The position numbers and the translations under genes are program-made. The notes under the pieces are model-generated. The model ran no database searches. It was not told where the DNA came from and worked only from the letters and a program-made list of their open reading frames with translations. From Octopus sinensis (lineage: Eukaryota): a stretch of 64,000 bases of DNA. The first letter of the stretch is position 1. Each line of letters opens with the position of its first letter. The stretch spans positions 98,022,001 to 98,086,000 of the forward strand of contig NC_043005.1 of assembly GCF_006345805.1 (NCBI RefSeq). Direction: 5' to 3'. Positions 40,376 through 53,308 of this stretch are shown here, piece by piece.

Positions 40376-41734
40376 TATAATATAATATAATATAATATAA
40401 ATAATATAAATATATATGGGCAACACACGTACGTACATACACCTATTGCATATATGGTTTTTGTACGCATACATGTTCATAAACAGATATGAATGGAAAA
40501 AATGTTTTTAAATTTGTAGATTAACACTCACACAATCTTTACTAAGAAAAAAAAATCGGATTTTTTGCATGGAATCAACTACTCTGGCCTCCTAATATGC
40601 TACAAAACCCTTTTTGTGGTCTGAAAAATGGGGTGAGGTGTGGTGGAAGCCTCGGAAACTGTACTCATTGTTACCTACCTCTTTGTTTCTTTGTTGTTAA
40701 ATAAATGGATTCTTAACAAAACACTTTTTCCTCAGCGTAAAAAAAAAAAAACTCTTTCGTGCCCAAAGTAATGTGCGTGTGTGAGATGGGGGAGAAATAT
40801 GAACGATTTAAAATAAATAAATGGTTTAAAATATATTTTAATTGTTGTGAAGAAAGTATATATAATCTGATTATGAAATATAGTGTCTTTCAAAAACAAC
40901 CTAAATATGAAGACTATATCTCGTGTTTAAGAAAAAAACAAAACATTTTACATTTTTATTTTTGATGAACGCTGTCACTCTCCCTCTCTCTCTCACACTT
41001 TGTCTTTACCTTTTTTGTTAGACGCTGTCAAACTCTCTCCCTTTCTTCCTTACACATACTTTTTCTTTACTTTTTATTAGATGCTGTCAAACGCACTATC
41101 TCTCCACCCCACACACACACTTTCACTATGGCAAGGAGGGACTTAACTCATGTTAGCAAACTTCAAAATTGGTAAAAGTTATTGTTGAAAGTAGATTTTT
41201 ACTGCTATCCGTAGGTGCCTCGGGAAAAAATGAGTTGACAAAACGTAGGTATGGGTTCAGCAAATTAGAAATAACTTGGAATTTATGATGAATTTCATGG
41301 ATTGTAGTTAAAAATCTTGGTAAATCAAAACTCATTAAAGGTTGTGAATTGTTTGGCATTAGAACATCAGACATTCTATCTTTGTGCTGCAAGTTCAAAT
41401 CCTGTTGAGGTCAGCTTTGCCTTTTATCTCTTATAGAGTGTATAAAGCTTCAACCTAGTACAGAAATCTTTCATTCTCTCACTTCTCCATCTCTCTCTGT
41501 TTATGAAATCAGCTTTGTTTGGATCTGGAGTGAGATGAGTTCGACCAAGTGTAAAATGTTGAGGACATTGGGAGTTTTGCGCTCAGCGTAAGACTCTCAC
41601 TGTTGTTTAAAGTGCTTCTGACCATATTTACTTCATTCATTTACGTTCCTAATGACTTCCCCAACTCCTGTTCTTCCTTCACTGCCCAGTCTTTGCCTTC
41701 TTGTCTTTTTACACAAACATCTTAGTGCTCTCCC

Positions 41735-42062
41735 TTTCACTTGGTCTCTCTCTCTCTCTCTCTCTTTTAATAGGTCTTTCTCTCTCTCTCTCTCGTTCAC
41801 TTGGTCTCTCTCTCTCTCTCTTTTTCCTAGTCTCTCTCTCTTTCTTTCACTTGGTCTCTCTCTCTTTCTTTCACTTGGCATCTCTCTCTCTTTCACTTGA
41901 TCTCTCTCTCTTTCACTTAGTCTCTCCCTCTCTCTCTCTCTCTCTTTCACTTGGTCTCTCTCTCTCTCTTTCACTTAGTCTCTCTCTCTCTCTCTCACTT
42001 GGTCTCTCTCTCTCTCACTTGGTCTCTCTCTTTCACTTGGTCTCTCTCTCTCTCCCCCTCTC
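41735..42062. repeat. Compound repeat [TTCACTTGG(TC)n], ~13-14 units
   Basis: Direct reading. Confidence 0.85.
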
Positions 42063-42126
42063 TCCTTCTGAAACACTATGGAATATTCTCAATAAACTAC
42101 ACTTAGGAATTAATATGCTTTGTGTG

Positions 42127-42158
<32 letters not shown>

Positions 42159-42610
42159 CATGTGCTTATGTGTATTTGTGTATTAGAAAGAGTAAGAAAG
42201 AGTGAAAGTGAGAGAGAGAGAGAGAAAGAGAGGAAGGGTGAGAAAGATATTTAAGATTAACATATTTAATTGTGAAACTGATACTTTATTTTGGAAGAAA
42301 AATAAGAAAAGTTGATACAATTACAATAGTACAGGTTGCGAGCAGGTGGATAGAATGTAACAAACAAGAACAACAACAGCAATAACTGTAATAAATTTAT
42401 GTTATTCTTAAGATTCATTTGCAATTAAATTGGTTGGAATTTCTCTGCCAGAAATAACAAGTAAATATCTTCAGTTCTTCTTTGGTAGACAATGTAAAGA
42501 CATCTATCTTAGACAGAAAAAAAAATACTCTAAAAGCAAATTGAACAAAAACTAATAACTATTTCCCTAACAATGAGAAGTGTACAATTTGTGGCTGCTA
42601 TTAGCTTCTT

Positions 42611-42670
<60 letters not shown>

Positions 42671-42749
42671 ACACACGCACACACACATACACGCACACAC
42701 ACACACACATACACACACAGATGTGCATATACACACCCATATCAGTAAC

Positions 42750-43909
42750 TGTTGTGTGGACGCCCCCAGACGATGAAGTAGACTAGCCTTATACGTAGAT
42801 ATAGAGGGAGAAGTCTAGCCATTGGAGAGAAGTTGAGTAGCGGTCATCCGAACGAGTGATATAACAGTGGTAACAAGGATTTCGTAGCTCACACAACCAC
42901 TGTGTAGTATTGCGACCAAACAGCGGCGACGAGGTTTTGAATAGTACTGAAATGGAAGAGTTACTGAAAGCAGGTTGAAAAGCACTATTCAGTATGTGAT
43001 GAGGTATTATTATGTGCACGAAGAGTGGTAATAACTGAAGCGCTGCAAAACAGAGTATTAAAAGACTTTCATGTAGGACATCTGGGGATTGTCCGAATGA
43101 AGAGCCTTATGAGAAGTTGGCCGAATATGGACAAGCAAATTGAAAGACTGGTAAAACAGTGTAGGGGATGCACTATGGCAGCAAAGACGCCCACAGTGCA
43201 GATTCAGCCGTGGCCAAAAACAGATTCGGCATGGTCTAGACTACATGTGGATTTCACAGGACCAATAAATGGCTCTCATTATATCATTGTGGTGGATAGC
43301 TATTCCAAATGGCCTGAAGTGTGTAAATGTTCAAGGCCAACCACAAGTGTGACTATTGACTTCTTGGAAGAACTGTTCATTTGTTATGGAGTCCCAGATA
43401 CGATTGTGTCAGATAATGGTACACAATTCACGGCGAAGGAGTACAAAAAATTCTGTAAGTCGGTTCAGATGAAGCATGTATTAACTCTGCCATACCATCC
43501 AAGGTCAAATGGGTTAGCAGAAAGATTCGTCGACACATTCAAGAGACCTTTATGGAAGACCAGATGGAAAACCCTTGAAGATACAAATATGACAAAGTTT
43601 TTGCAGGTGTATAGAATAACACCGAATCCAAATGCAGAGTTGGGTAGGTCACCTACAGATTTGATGTTTGCCAGAAAAATTCATTTTATTTTTTGACAAA
43701 TGGTTGCCGAGTAGGAAACAGAAAATAGAAAATTTGGAAAGAAAAATGAATTTTTTAAACATAGGTGACAAAGTGTATTTTAAAATATATAGTAACGGGA
43801 AACAGGACTGGGAACAAGGAAGTATAACTGGACGTCTGGGTAACGTTGATGTACATGGTAAAAGGAACAAAATATGAACACAGAAGGCATTTAAACCATA
43901 CGCAGCTGT

Positions 43910-43910
<1 letters not shown>
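42750..43910 (+). mobile_element. Internally deleted Ty3/Gypsy LTR retrotransposon remnant
   Basis: TGTTGTG start, PBS-like gcggcgacgagg (~42923), gag-like start MEELLK at 42952 joined almost directly to integrase; truncated at (TA)n. Confidence 0.7.
43025..43696 (+). pseudogene. Gypsy integrase (HHCC zinc-binding + D,D(35)E core), C-terminus frameshifted
   Basis: HVGHLG...CRGC; LHVDFTGP; IVSDNGTQF; YHPRSNGLAERFV (35 residues between D and E). Confidence 0.9.
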
Positions 43911-43942
<32 letters not shown>

Positions 43943-43946
<4 letters not shown>

Positions 43947-44172
43947 TGTTGTGTCTGGGGAGAGTCATTCTCTTTTAGTGCCTTATTATTTAACACGCTC
44001 ACCGGTAAAATTTCCACTTATTTCTTGCAACCTTTTCAATAATCAAGACTATTGAAAAGACACAACGAAAATTTTAGAAAATGAAAATAAGAAATAAGTG
44101 GAAATTTTACGGGTGAGTGTGTTAAATAATAAGGCACTAAAACAGAATGACTTTCCCCAGACACAACAGAAT
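43943..44172. mobile_element. MITE with ~84-bp terminal inverted repeats and inner 10-bp hairpin
   Basis: attctgttgtgtctgggg...cttatttctt (43943-44026) mirrored at 44089-44172; cttttcaata/tattgaaaag inside; AT/TA flanks. Confidence 0.8.
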
Positions 44173-44226
44173 ATGCTTCAACACACAAACTCATATAAAG
44201 AATCTTGCAAACCAAATCCAAAAACG

Positions 44227-44261
<35 letters not shown>

Positions 44262-45399
44262 ACAATAGTATTGTTACGAGGGGACCTCCGAAAACTGTAC
44301 GGAATCCCTCAGACACGCCCGACTCGATCAGCGAATATTCTCGCCACGGAAACTCGTCGGAGAGAGGAGAGAGAGAGACACAACCACAACAACAACAGCA
44401 GCAGAGAGACACAGAGGCAAGACGGCAAAACGGCAACACTGGCTTACATTCACCAACTAGTTTATATGACAATCAATGGTTACAACATCAAAGCATTTAA
44501 GGCAAACAACAAATCAATACATCATACGGTATACCACAGATCAAAGCATTTAACAACATGCATGTAACAATATAACAGTGTTCAGTAACGACACAACAAG
44601 TCCAGATCAAATAATGTTCACGATACGTCACAGTCCAATCAGAACACTTCGATACATTATACAATGTTCGTATCACAACAATTCACGTTACAATTCAACA
44701 AGTCCTTTACTCAATTCACAATGTTCTTTATCGACTACATCGACAGAGTCCTTCTTTTTCTCTCTTCTTTCTCTTCTTTTCTTTTACATCGTGACACGTA
44801 TCAATACACAATCACATACCTTAATTCCTAACTGAATCGCTAGTGTTCCATTCTGCACTCATCTCTCAATACTGCTAAATCCAGCCCGCCAAACTCCTGC
44901 ATCCCAACTTGCTTGCTCGTAAGATTCCACCGCTTGCTCCTAAGATTCCACCTACTCGCTCTGACTTCCAGAATCCCACTGTGTTCTTCGAGGACCGACC
45001 ACCGACTGCCCAAAACCTCACTTGCTCTACTCCTTCTTCCCACTCCCCTCATCTCCCTCTGTCTCTACTCTTATAGCCTCTCTATCTGCCCTCTGATTCC
45101 TTACTCTATCTTTATCCTCAATCTGTCCCTTAGCCTTATACTCTATCTCTCTCACTACTTTTCTTCTCTCTGCCCCTCATCCTCTCTCACTGCCAATACC
45201 CTCTCCATCTGCTCTTAGATTCCTTACTCCATCTTTCTCACCTCCTTCCTCCTCCTCTTCTTCAAGGGGTGTTTAGAACGACCTCTAATTCACCCGAAAG
45301 GGGTCGCAGAACCGATCAATCCACCTGAATCTAACAGGACAATGGGTTTATCCCAAAGTAGGTCACTGCCAACTGTCCCTAGACTGAACCATTCATAGC

Positions 45400-47417
45400 A
45401 GTATTAAGGAATGACCCTGACAGGCCGTTCAACTCACTTGAAAGAGACGCTAAATTCAAACTGCAAAATAGTAGTAATTCTGAAACTAAAGGAGAAATAA
45501 AAACATTTATCCCCTTCAACTTTGTACCATGCATAGTTTCAACATTTTTACGTAATCGAATTTAATTAAATTAAATTAAATCCGTTTACGGTGGATTTCG
45601 AAAATTTAGGATATATAAACTCGAGGCTTCGATGGTGCTGCCTTGTGTGTATATATTTTCCTTTTTTTGGCTACTTTGCTGATGAGACAAGCTAATCGTA
45701 AACGGATTTAATTTAATTTAATTAAATTCGATTACGTAAAAATGTTGAAACTATGCATGGTACAAAGTTGAAGGGGATAAATGTTTTTATTTCTCCTTTA
45801 GTTTCAGAATTACTACTATTTTGCGGTTTGAGTTTAGCGTCTCTTTCAAGTGAGTTGAACGGCCTGTCAGGGTCATTCCTTAATACTATTGTTGAATATA
45901 TTATATAGTCTGTGACTATTTCTACTTTCTCACTCGACCGCTGGTTGCAGAAAATTTTTCTTGAATTTTTCTTGAATTTTTTTGCTATTGATTAATAATG
46001 ATTTTTTGACTAATCTGAAATTGTATCAGCAGTTTATATTTGCTGCTGAGTAGATGGCGCGGTTACGGTGGATTTCGAAAATTTAGGATATATAAACTCG
46101 AGGCTTCGATGGTGCTGCCTCGTGTGTATATATTTTCCTTTTCTTTGGCTACTTGCTGATGAGACAAGCCAATCGTAAACGGATTTAATTTAATTTAATT
46201 AAATTCGATTACGTAAAAATGTTGAAACTATGCATGGTACAAAGTTGAAGGGGATAAATGTTTTTATTTCTCCTTTAGTTTCAGAATTACTACTATTTTG
46301 CAGTTTGAGTTTAGCGTCTCTTTCAAGTGAGTTGAACGGCCTGTCAGGGTCATTCCTTAATACTATTGTTGAATATATTATATAGTCTGTGACTATTTCT
46401 ACTTTCTCACTCGACCACTGGTTGCAGAAAATTTTTCTTGAATTTTTCTTGAATTTTTTTGCTATTGATTAATTAATGATTTTTTGACTAATTCTGAAAT
46501 TGTATCAGCAGTTTATATTTGCTGCTGAGTAGATGGCGCGGTTACGGTGGATTTCGAAAATTTAGGATATATAAACTCGAGGCTTCGATGGTGCTGCCTC
46601 GTGTGTATATATTTTCCTTTTCTTTGGCTACTTTGCTGATGAGACAAGCCAATCGTAAACGGATTTAATTTAATTTAATTAAATTCGATTACGTAAAAAT
46701 GTTGAAACTATGCATGGTACAAAGTTGAAGGGGATAAATGTTTTTATTTCTCCTTTAGTTTCAGAATTACTACTATTTTGCAGTTTGAGTTTAGCGTCTC
46801 TTTCAAGTGAGTTGAACGGCCTGTCAGGGTCATTCCTTAATACTATTGTTGAATATATTATATAGTCTGTGACTATTTCTACTTCTCACTCGACCACTGT
46901 TGCAGAAAATTTTTCTTGAATTTTTCTTGAATTATTTTGCTATTGATTAATTAATGATTTTTTGACTAATTCTGAAATTGTATCAGCAGTTTATATTTGC
47001 TGCTGAGTAGATGGCGCGGTTACGGTGGATTTCGAAAATTTAGGATATATAAACTCGAGGCTTCGATGGTGCTGCCTCGTGTGTATATATTTTCCTTTTC
47101 TTTGGCTACTTTGCTGATGAGACAAGCCAATCGTAAACGGATTTAATTAATTTAATTAAATTCGATTACGTAAAAATGTTGAAACTATGCATGGTACAAA
47201 GTTGAAGGGGTAAATGTTTTTATTTCTCCTTTAGTTTCAGAATTACTACTATTTTGCAGTTTGAGTTTAGCGTCTCTTTCAAGTGAGTTGAACGGCCTGT
47301 CAGGGTCATTCCTAATACTATTGTTGAATATATTATATAGTCTGTGACTATTTCTACTTTCTCACTTGACCGCTGGTTGCAGAAAAATTTTTCTTGAATT
47401 TTTCTTGAATTTTTTTT
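45400..47417 (+). mobile_element. ~478-bp tandem array (3.8 copies) preceded by an inverted partial copy; each unit carries a hammerhead (PLE pseudo-LTR / retrozyme-like)
   Basis: Near-identical direct units 45586-47417; 45400-45590 is the reverse complement of part of the unit; ends in (TA)n. Confidence 0.85.
45673..45768 (+). ncRNA. Type-I hammerhead ribozyme with extended 61-nt stem II (copy 1; others 46151-46245, 46630-46725, 47108-47202)
   Basis: actttg CTGATGA gaca...tgtt GAAA cta-tgca-tgg TA caaagt: 6-bp stem I, canonical core, stem III with palindromic ATGCAT, GUA site. Confidence 0.8.
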
Positions 47418-47435
47418 CTACCCTTATATTGATTG

Positions 47436-47489
<54 letters not shown>

Positions 47490-47962
47490 ATATATATAGG
47501 AATAAAAAATGGAGTTAACGCAGGTTTAAATAAGTATTTTTTCTTTCTACATGTTTCAAAAATTCCACTGATACTTATTCAAAAGAATAAAAGGTATAAA
47601 CAATGCAATCTTCTCTTCGGGAAAGTGAAAAAACGAAACTTGTCAATACGACGTTTTAGCAAAAAATGATGGATTCGTATAGCGATTCATTTATCCGTGT
47701 TAATTGTTAACAAGGTAAAATACACTCATCTATATATATATATATAATTTAATATACACTGTATTAAAATAAGAGCTACTAAAAGTTTCTTGCCATTTAG
47801 ACACAAGACAATTATAAGAATCTGTCTAACCACATGTCTCCATGGCAAGAAACTATTAGTAATAACTCTTATTTCAATACACTGTACATTAAATGATATT
47901 TATCTCTCACTGAATGGAGTACCTTTTTAGCTGATCTTACCTTAGCAGAACAATAAACTATA

Positions 47963-47996
<34 letters not shown>

Positions 47997-48013
47997 CACA
48001 TATACAGATACAA

Positions 48014-48047
<34 letters not shown>

Positions 48048-48356
48048 CCTATTTTGTAATTTTATAATATCATGATATCCATTTTTCTTGTCAGTATGGA
48101 TGATGATATGCTTTATATGAATCATTTCTGTAACCTTAGAAACAGATTTTATTGCTTTCAGACTCTTACCATTAACAGCTCTTCCAAAGAAAAAAAACCA
48201 CCCAACAGATAATGTTGTACAAACCATTTGAATTCAGGCTTGTATTATCCATTCTTTGCTACTCAGATGCAGGACCTTGAAAAAATGGCTGAAATGTAAT
48301 ATGGATCATATCTGCACAGCTCAAAATGATCCTTTGAGACAAAATGCATAATAGTA

Positions 48357-48392
<36 letters not shown>

Positions 48393-48408
48393 GATGATGA
48401 TGATGATG

Positions 48409-48460
<52 letters not shown>

Positions 48461-48980
48461 CCTTAAGCAACAAAAAATAAAATTTTAAAGTACATGTCTC
48501 AGTAAGCTTGTATCTAAATTTTATTTTTCATTTTTGTCAGTTCACAGGTCAAATGGAGCTTCAAAATTTTGCTTTGCTTGACTTTTTTTTTATTTTTTAT
48601 TTTTTGCTTTTGTTTGCATCCAGTTTTGTAAATTCTTTGGCAAAATGATTTATTTATTTAGTGTTGTTGTTATTTTAGATTATTATAAAGTGGAAGAGTA
48701 AGTAGGTAGTATATGTTGCCTGCCTACAAGATAAACATTTTTACTGGTGCTTAAAAAATAAAATGGAACTAATGGTATGTACAGTATAGTATATAATAAA
48801 ACTACTTTTCAAGTATATACAACAGTAAACATGTAGTGAGTGTGTGTGTATTTGTGTATGTATACATACATGAATACACACGTGCTTATATATATGATGA
48901 TGATGATGATATATATATATATATATATATAATATATCTACATATACATATATGTATATGCATTTCTATGTATGTGTGTG

Positions 48981-49011
<31 letters not shown>

Positions 49012-49689
49012 TTATGTATGTATTTGTATATGTATATTTGTGTCAATATATAATGTAGTAATTTTTTTTAAATGTCTATATACACAAATTCATGTGAATT
49101 TTTATTTCTTTTTAGTGCTCTGTAAACCAGAATTGAATAATAAACATGAGTTTTCATCTACCATTTCTCAAAAAAACTGTCTGTGTGGTTGTGTGACGTG
49201 ATTGTTAAAGTAGCAAGCAAAATATCTTGCTTTACTTTTCGTTCTGAGTGCCACTGCAGATGTAGCAAATCTGTCTGTACACAGCAGCAAGTTGGAGCTT
49301 TGAATAGAAAATTGCCCTAATGAATGCAACAGCAAATTACTCTTATATCCTCCTGCAAAAAATTCCACATGGAACACTTGTGGTGCAGACTCATCCATTG
49401 TCTTTATATTATAGAAAGTGTAGGTGCAGTTGTTTGAAGCCCATCATCTTTATATTTACACCTACATATATATGGTGGTGGGGGGGGGGATGTATTTATG
49501 TGTATGTGTGTGTGAGTGTGAGTGCTTGTTGTTTGCCCCCCCCCACTGCTTGACAAATAGTGTTGGTTTGTTTATATCTCCAATAACTTAACAGTTCAGC
49601 TAAAGAGACTGATACAGTAAGTAACTAACTCCCAAAAAATAATTAGTGGGTGGTAGGGTGATTTGTTTGACAAAAGTATGTATGTGTTA

Positions 49690-50428
49690 CTTTGGTAGAT
49701 AAAGCAATTAAGGGTATGAAGATAGGTAAAGGCCCCGCCCCATGAGGAATCCCTGCAGAGATGCTGAAAATATCTGGTGGTGTTAGCTATAGTCTAGTCA
49801 CCCACATAGCCAATCAGGTTATAACTGAAGGAGTCATACTCAATGACTGGTGTAGCAGCACCATAGTCAGCTGCTACAAATATAAGGATGATGCATTTGG
49901 TACAAATAATTACAGAGGTATCAAGTTGTTGGACCAGCCCAACTAATTAGAGAGAGAGTTAGTCTAGACAAGATGCAGTTTGGGTTTGTGCCAGGGAAAA
50001 TCGCCACTGATGCTATATTTCTGGTAAGACAGCTGCAGGAGAAATTCCTAGCCAAAGATAAACCTCTGTACCTGGCTTTTGTTGACTTGGAAAAAGCCTT
50101 TGACAGGGTCCCCTGATCCCTTATATGGTGGTCAATGTGGAAACTAGGGATAGATGAGTGGTTAGTGAGAGCTGTACAATCGATGTACAGGGATGCCATG
50201 TACAGGTGAGGGTTGGCAACAAGTACAGTGAAGAATTCCAAGTAGGAGTAGGGGTCCACCAAGGTTCAGTCCTCACCCACCTCTTATTCATCATAGTCCT
50301 CCAGGCAATAACAGAGGAATTCAAAACAGGATTCCCCTGGGAGCTTCTCTATGCTGATGACCTCACTCTAATAGCTGAGTCACTATCAGAACTAGAGAAG
50401 AAGTTTCAGATGTAGAAGCAAGGTCTCC
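49690..50428 (+). mobile_element. RTE-clade reverse transcriptase fragment, degenerate
   Basis: NNYRGIKLL, QFGFVPG, AFVDLEKAFDRVP, GVHQGSVL, LLYADDL. Confidence 0.85.
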
Positions 50429-50441
50429 ACAAATGTGTGTC

Positions 50442-50481
<40 letters not shown>

Positions 50482-51100
50482 TATGAGAAATGATTGAGAT
50501 TCAATTGAATTAGGTACTTAAGTTGAAGTACCAAGTCAGTTCGGTATTATCAGCACAGCTCAAAGTAAGGTAAATAAAATCAAAATAAGAAACCCTTTAA
50601 CTGGTAATTAACATCATGATTTAGCCTCCTTTTATAGACAGTTACTCTATCCAATTTACTAAGGTAATATCTTGACAATATTTATGACAATACCTAGCCA
50701 TGTGCTGTCAACACATTCTTGCCCTTCATTTTCTAAATAGACACAGTCCCCTACTCTTAGATTTAGTAGTTGATAAAAAGACAAATAAATTAGAAATGAA
50801 CCGCAATCCTTTACAAGCTATGACCCCAGTGGGCTTCATGCCTTTCTTGGAAGTGTAGTCTATTCTTAGCTACAATAGTGACAACATGGATTTCTTCCAT
50901 TTTCTTGGTCTATTAAAATATTAGAGAAAAATTATATTAATGTGTCCAACTGATTAATATTGTATTTAGTTGTGCAGCTGATGTTAGCTCTTAATTTAAA
51001 TTGATGTAATGATTGCATTGTTCAATTCAATGGAGCCACTTGAAACGGTCATACTGCATCACTTCTTGATATCCTGTTGCTGATTTTGATATATATATAT

Positions 51101-51144
<44 letters not shown>

Positions 51145-51155
51145 ATTATATATAT

Positions 51156-51222
<67 letters not shown>

Positions 51223-51224
51223 AT

Positions 51225-51270
<46 letters not shown>

Positions 51271-51277
51271 ATATATA

Positions 51278-51830
51278 TGACTCCCTTCGGTCATGAATGA
51301 CCATGGGATTGCACCTAGAAAGTTACCCTCTGAAGCACAAGTCTGCGTAATGTTGTTTTATGGAAGACCAGCAGTCGCCCATGCAGACCAGCAGTCGCCC
51401 ATGCAGACCAGCAGTCACCCATGCATACCAGCAGCTTCCTCTATCCACGTCACCAATGTTATCCAAGGGAAAGGCAAAGGGGCCGATACAGCTTGGCACC
51501 AGTGATGTTGCAGCTCATTTATTAACGTGCAAGTGGCTGAGCACTCCACAGACATGTGTACCCTTAATGTTGTTCTCAGGGAGAATCAGCATGACACAGA
51601 GTGTGATAAGGCTGGCCCTTTGAAATACAGGTACAACAGAAACAGGAAGAAAGAGTGAGATAAAGTTGTGGTGAAAGAGTACAGCAGGGTTCACCACCAC
51701 CCACTGCCAGAGCTTCGTGGAGCTTTAGATGTTTTTGCTCAATAAACACTCATAATGCCCAGTCTGGGAATTGAAACCGCGATCCTGCAACCACAAGTCC
51801 ACTGCCCTAACCACTGGGCCATTGTGCCTC
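51278..51830 (-). mobile_element. Composite SINE (tRNA-like head family 'A' + body + LINE-like tail) with internal 20-bp triplication
   Basis: Head is reverse complement of the family A SINE; gaccagcagtcgcccatgca x3 at ~51366-51427. Confidence 0.55.
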
Positions 51831-53244
51831 CACATACACACACACATATATATATATATGTGAAAGAAATGATAGAAATGGAAAATGGAATAAACAGGAA
51901 ACTTTATTGCTCACAACAACCATTTCGATACATCCTACATCGATCCCTCATTGGTGAGAAGCTATGCAACTAGTTGTGGTGCATCTCTCTGTGCAGAAGC
52001 ATCTCATCAGGTGATTCAATAAAAAGTATCTCACAAAATAAACTCTGTTTCACTCGGATTTAATATAGCATATTGCTAGTGTGCATAGGTTTAAGTTGTT
52101 GGGCTCAAGGTACACTGAGGAATCCCTGAGGTAGATCCAACAGCGATTATGTAATTACCATAGATAATACCAGTTAGCCATAGAGAGTGAACTACTGGTG
52201 TACGGCTAGGAATATACCCAACACTTAAATATTAACTTGTATATATATAGTTAGGTCTGCCTGCTGGAGCCTAGCAGCAGGTATTTAAAGGGAAAAGTTT
52301 GACAAGACAGCCAGTCGCCCTCTGGCACTCGTTGATGCTACATCGAAGAGGCCAGGGAACAGAAGGAAGAAGACATGCACCCAACACCAGAGCTGAAGAC
52401 ACCTCCGAAAGTATGGGGGCCTGCCACGTCAAAATGGTAGAGGAGTAGGGGCCGAAACTGGACGTGGTTCCTCCTGATGATGTCTTAAGCTAACTGGATC
52501 CTATAAAGGAGCTGTTGTGGCAGCAGACCATGAAACACGATTGAAATTCCTATATATATATATATATATATAATTGTCATGCTATTTAATATGAGTTTTC
52601 AATTCTTCCATGTTGGCATGGTGTTGGATTGTTCAAAAGAATCTAATGAATAAGAAGACTATATTGTCTTCCAATGCCTAGTTTCTATGGCCAGATGCCC
52701 TCCCTAATGCCAGACATTCACAAAGTATATTGAGTGCTTTTTCCTTGGCACCAGCACTAGCGAGGTTATCATATAACTTGCATGACTAAAAAATCCCTTT
52801 GCCTGAGTGTTATTTATAATAGATGGGTATGTGGATTTATGTTAGGTGCTGAACGGCTAAAGTATGGTAGAGGAGGACCGGAATAGACCAAAAAGAGCTC
52901 TTTACTAAATGAAATAAAAATTAAAACACCAAAATAAGGAAGAATATAGTCAGGAAAATTTTCTGAGACCATAGTTAATTATAAAGAGGTATTAATTGTC
53001 TTTGTAAATAAATGTAACATTTGGGTAGTTAGTGCAATTCCTGAGGCAGTAGTGTCATGGAAACAATAATGTGGTTTCTGTTATGATTAACGAACTAAAG
53101 TTAGAGAATGTCTGCTCAAGTGTCCATTATATAATCTTGTTCTTTAACTGCAATTATTCTCCAGCTTTAGATATTGTGTACTTGCTCAGGAAAACAGAGT
53201 GGGTGGGGAACACTTTATAATCTAATCAGTATTGTATACATACA

Positions 53245-53308
<64 letters not shown>

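Noticed and set aside
52360-52535. Hammerhead fold at 52.4-52.5 kb
   Set aside because: Stems II and III could not be paired convincingly in type I, II or III topology
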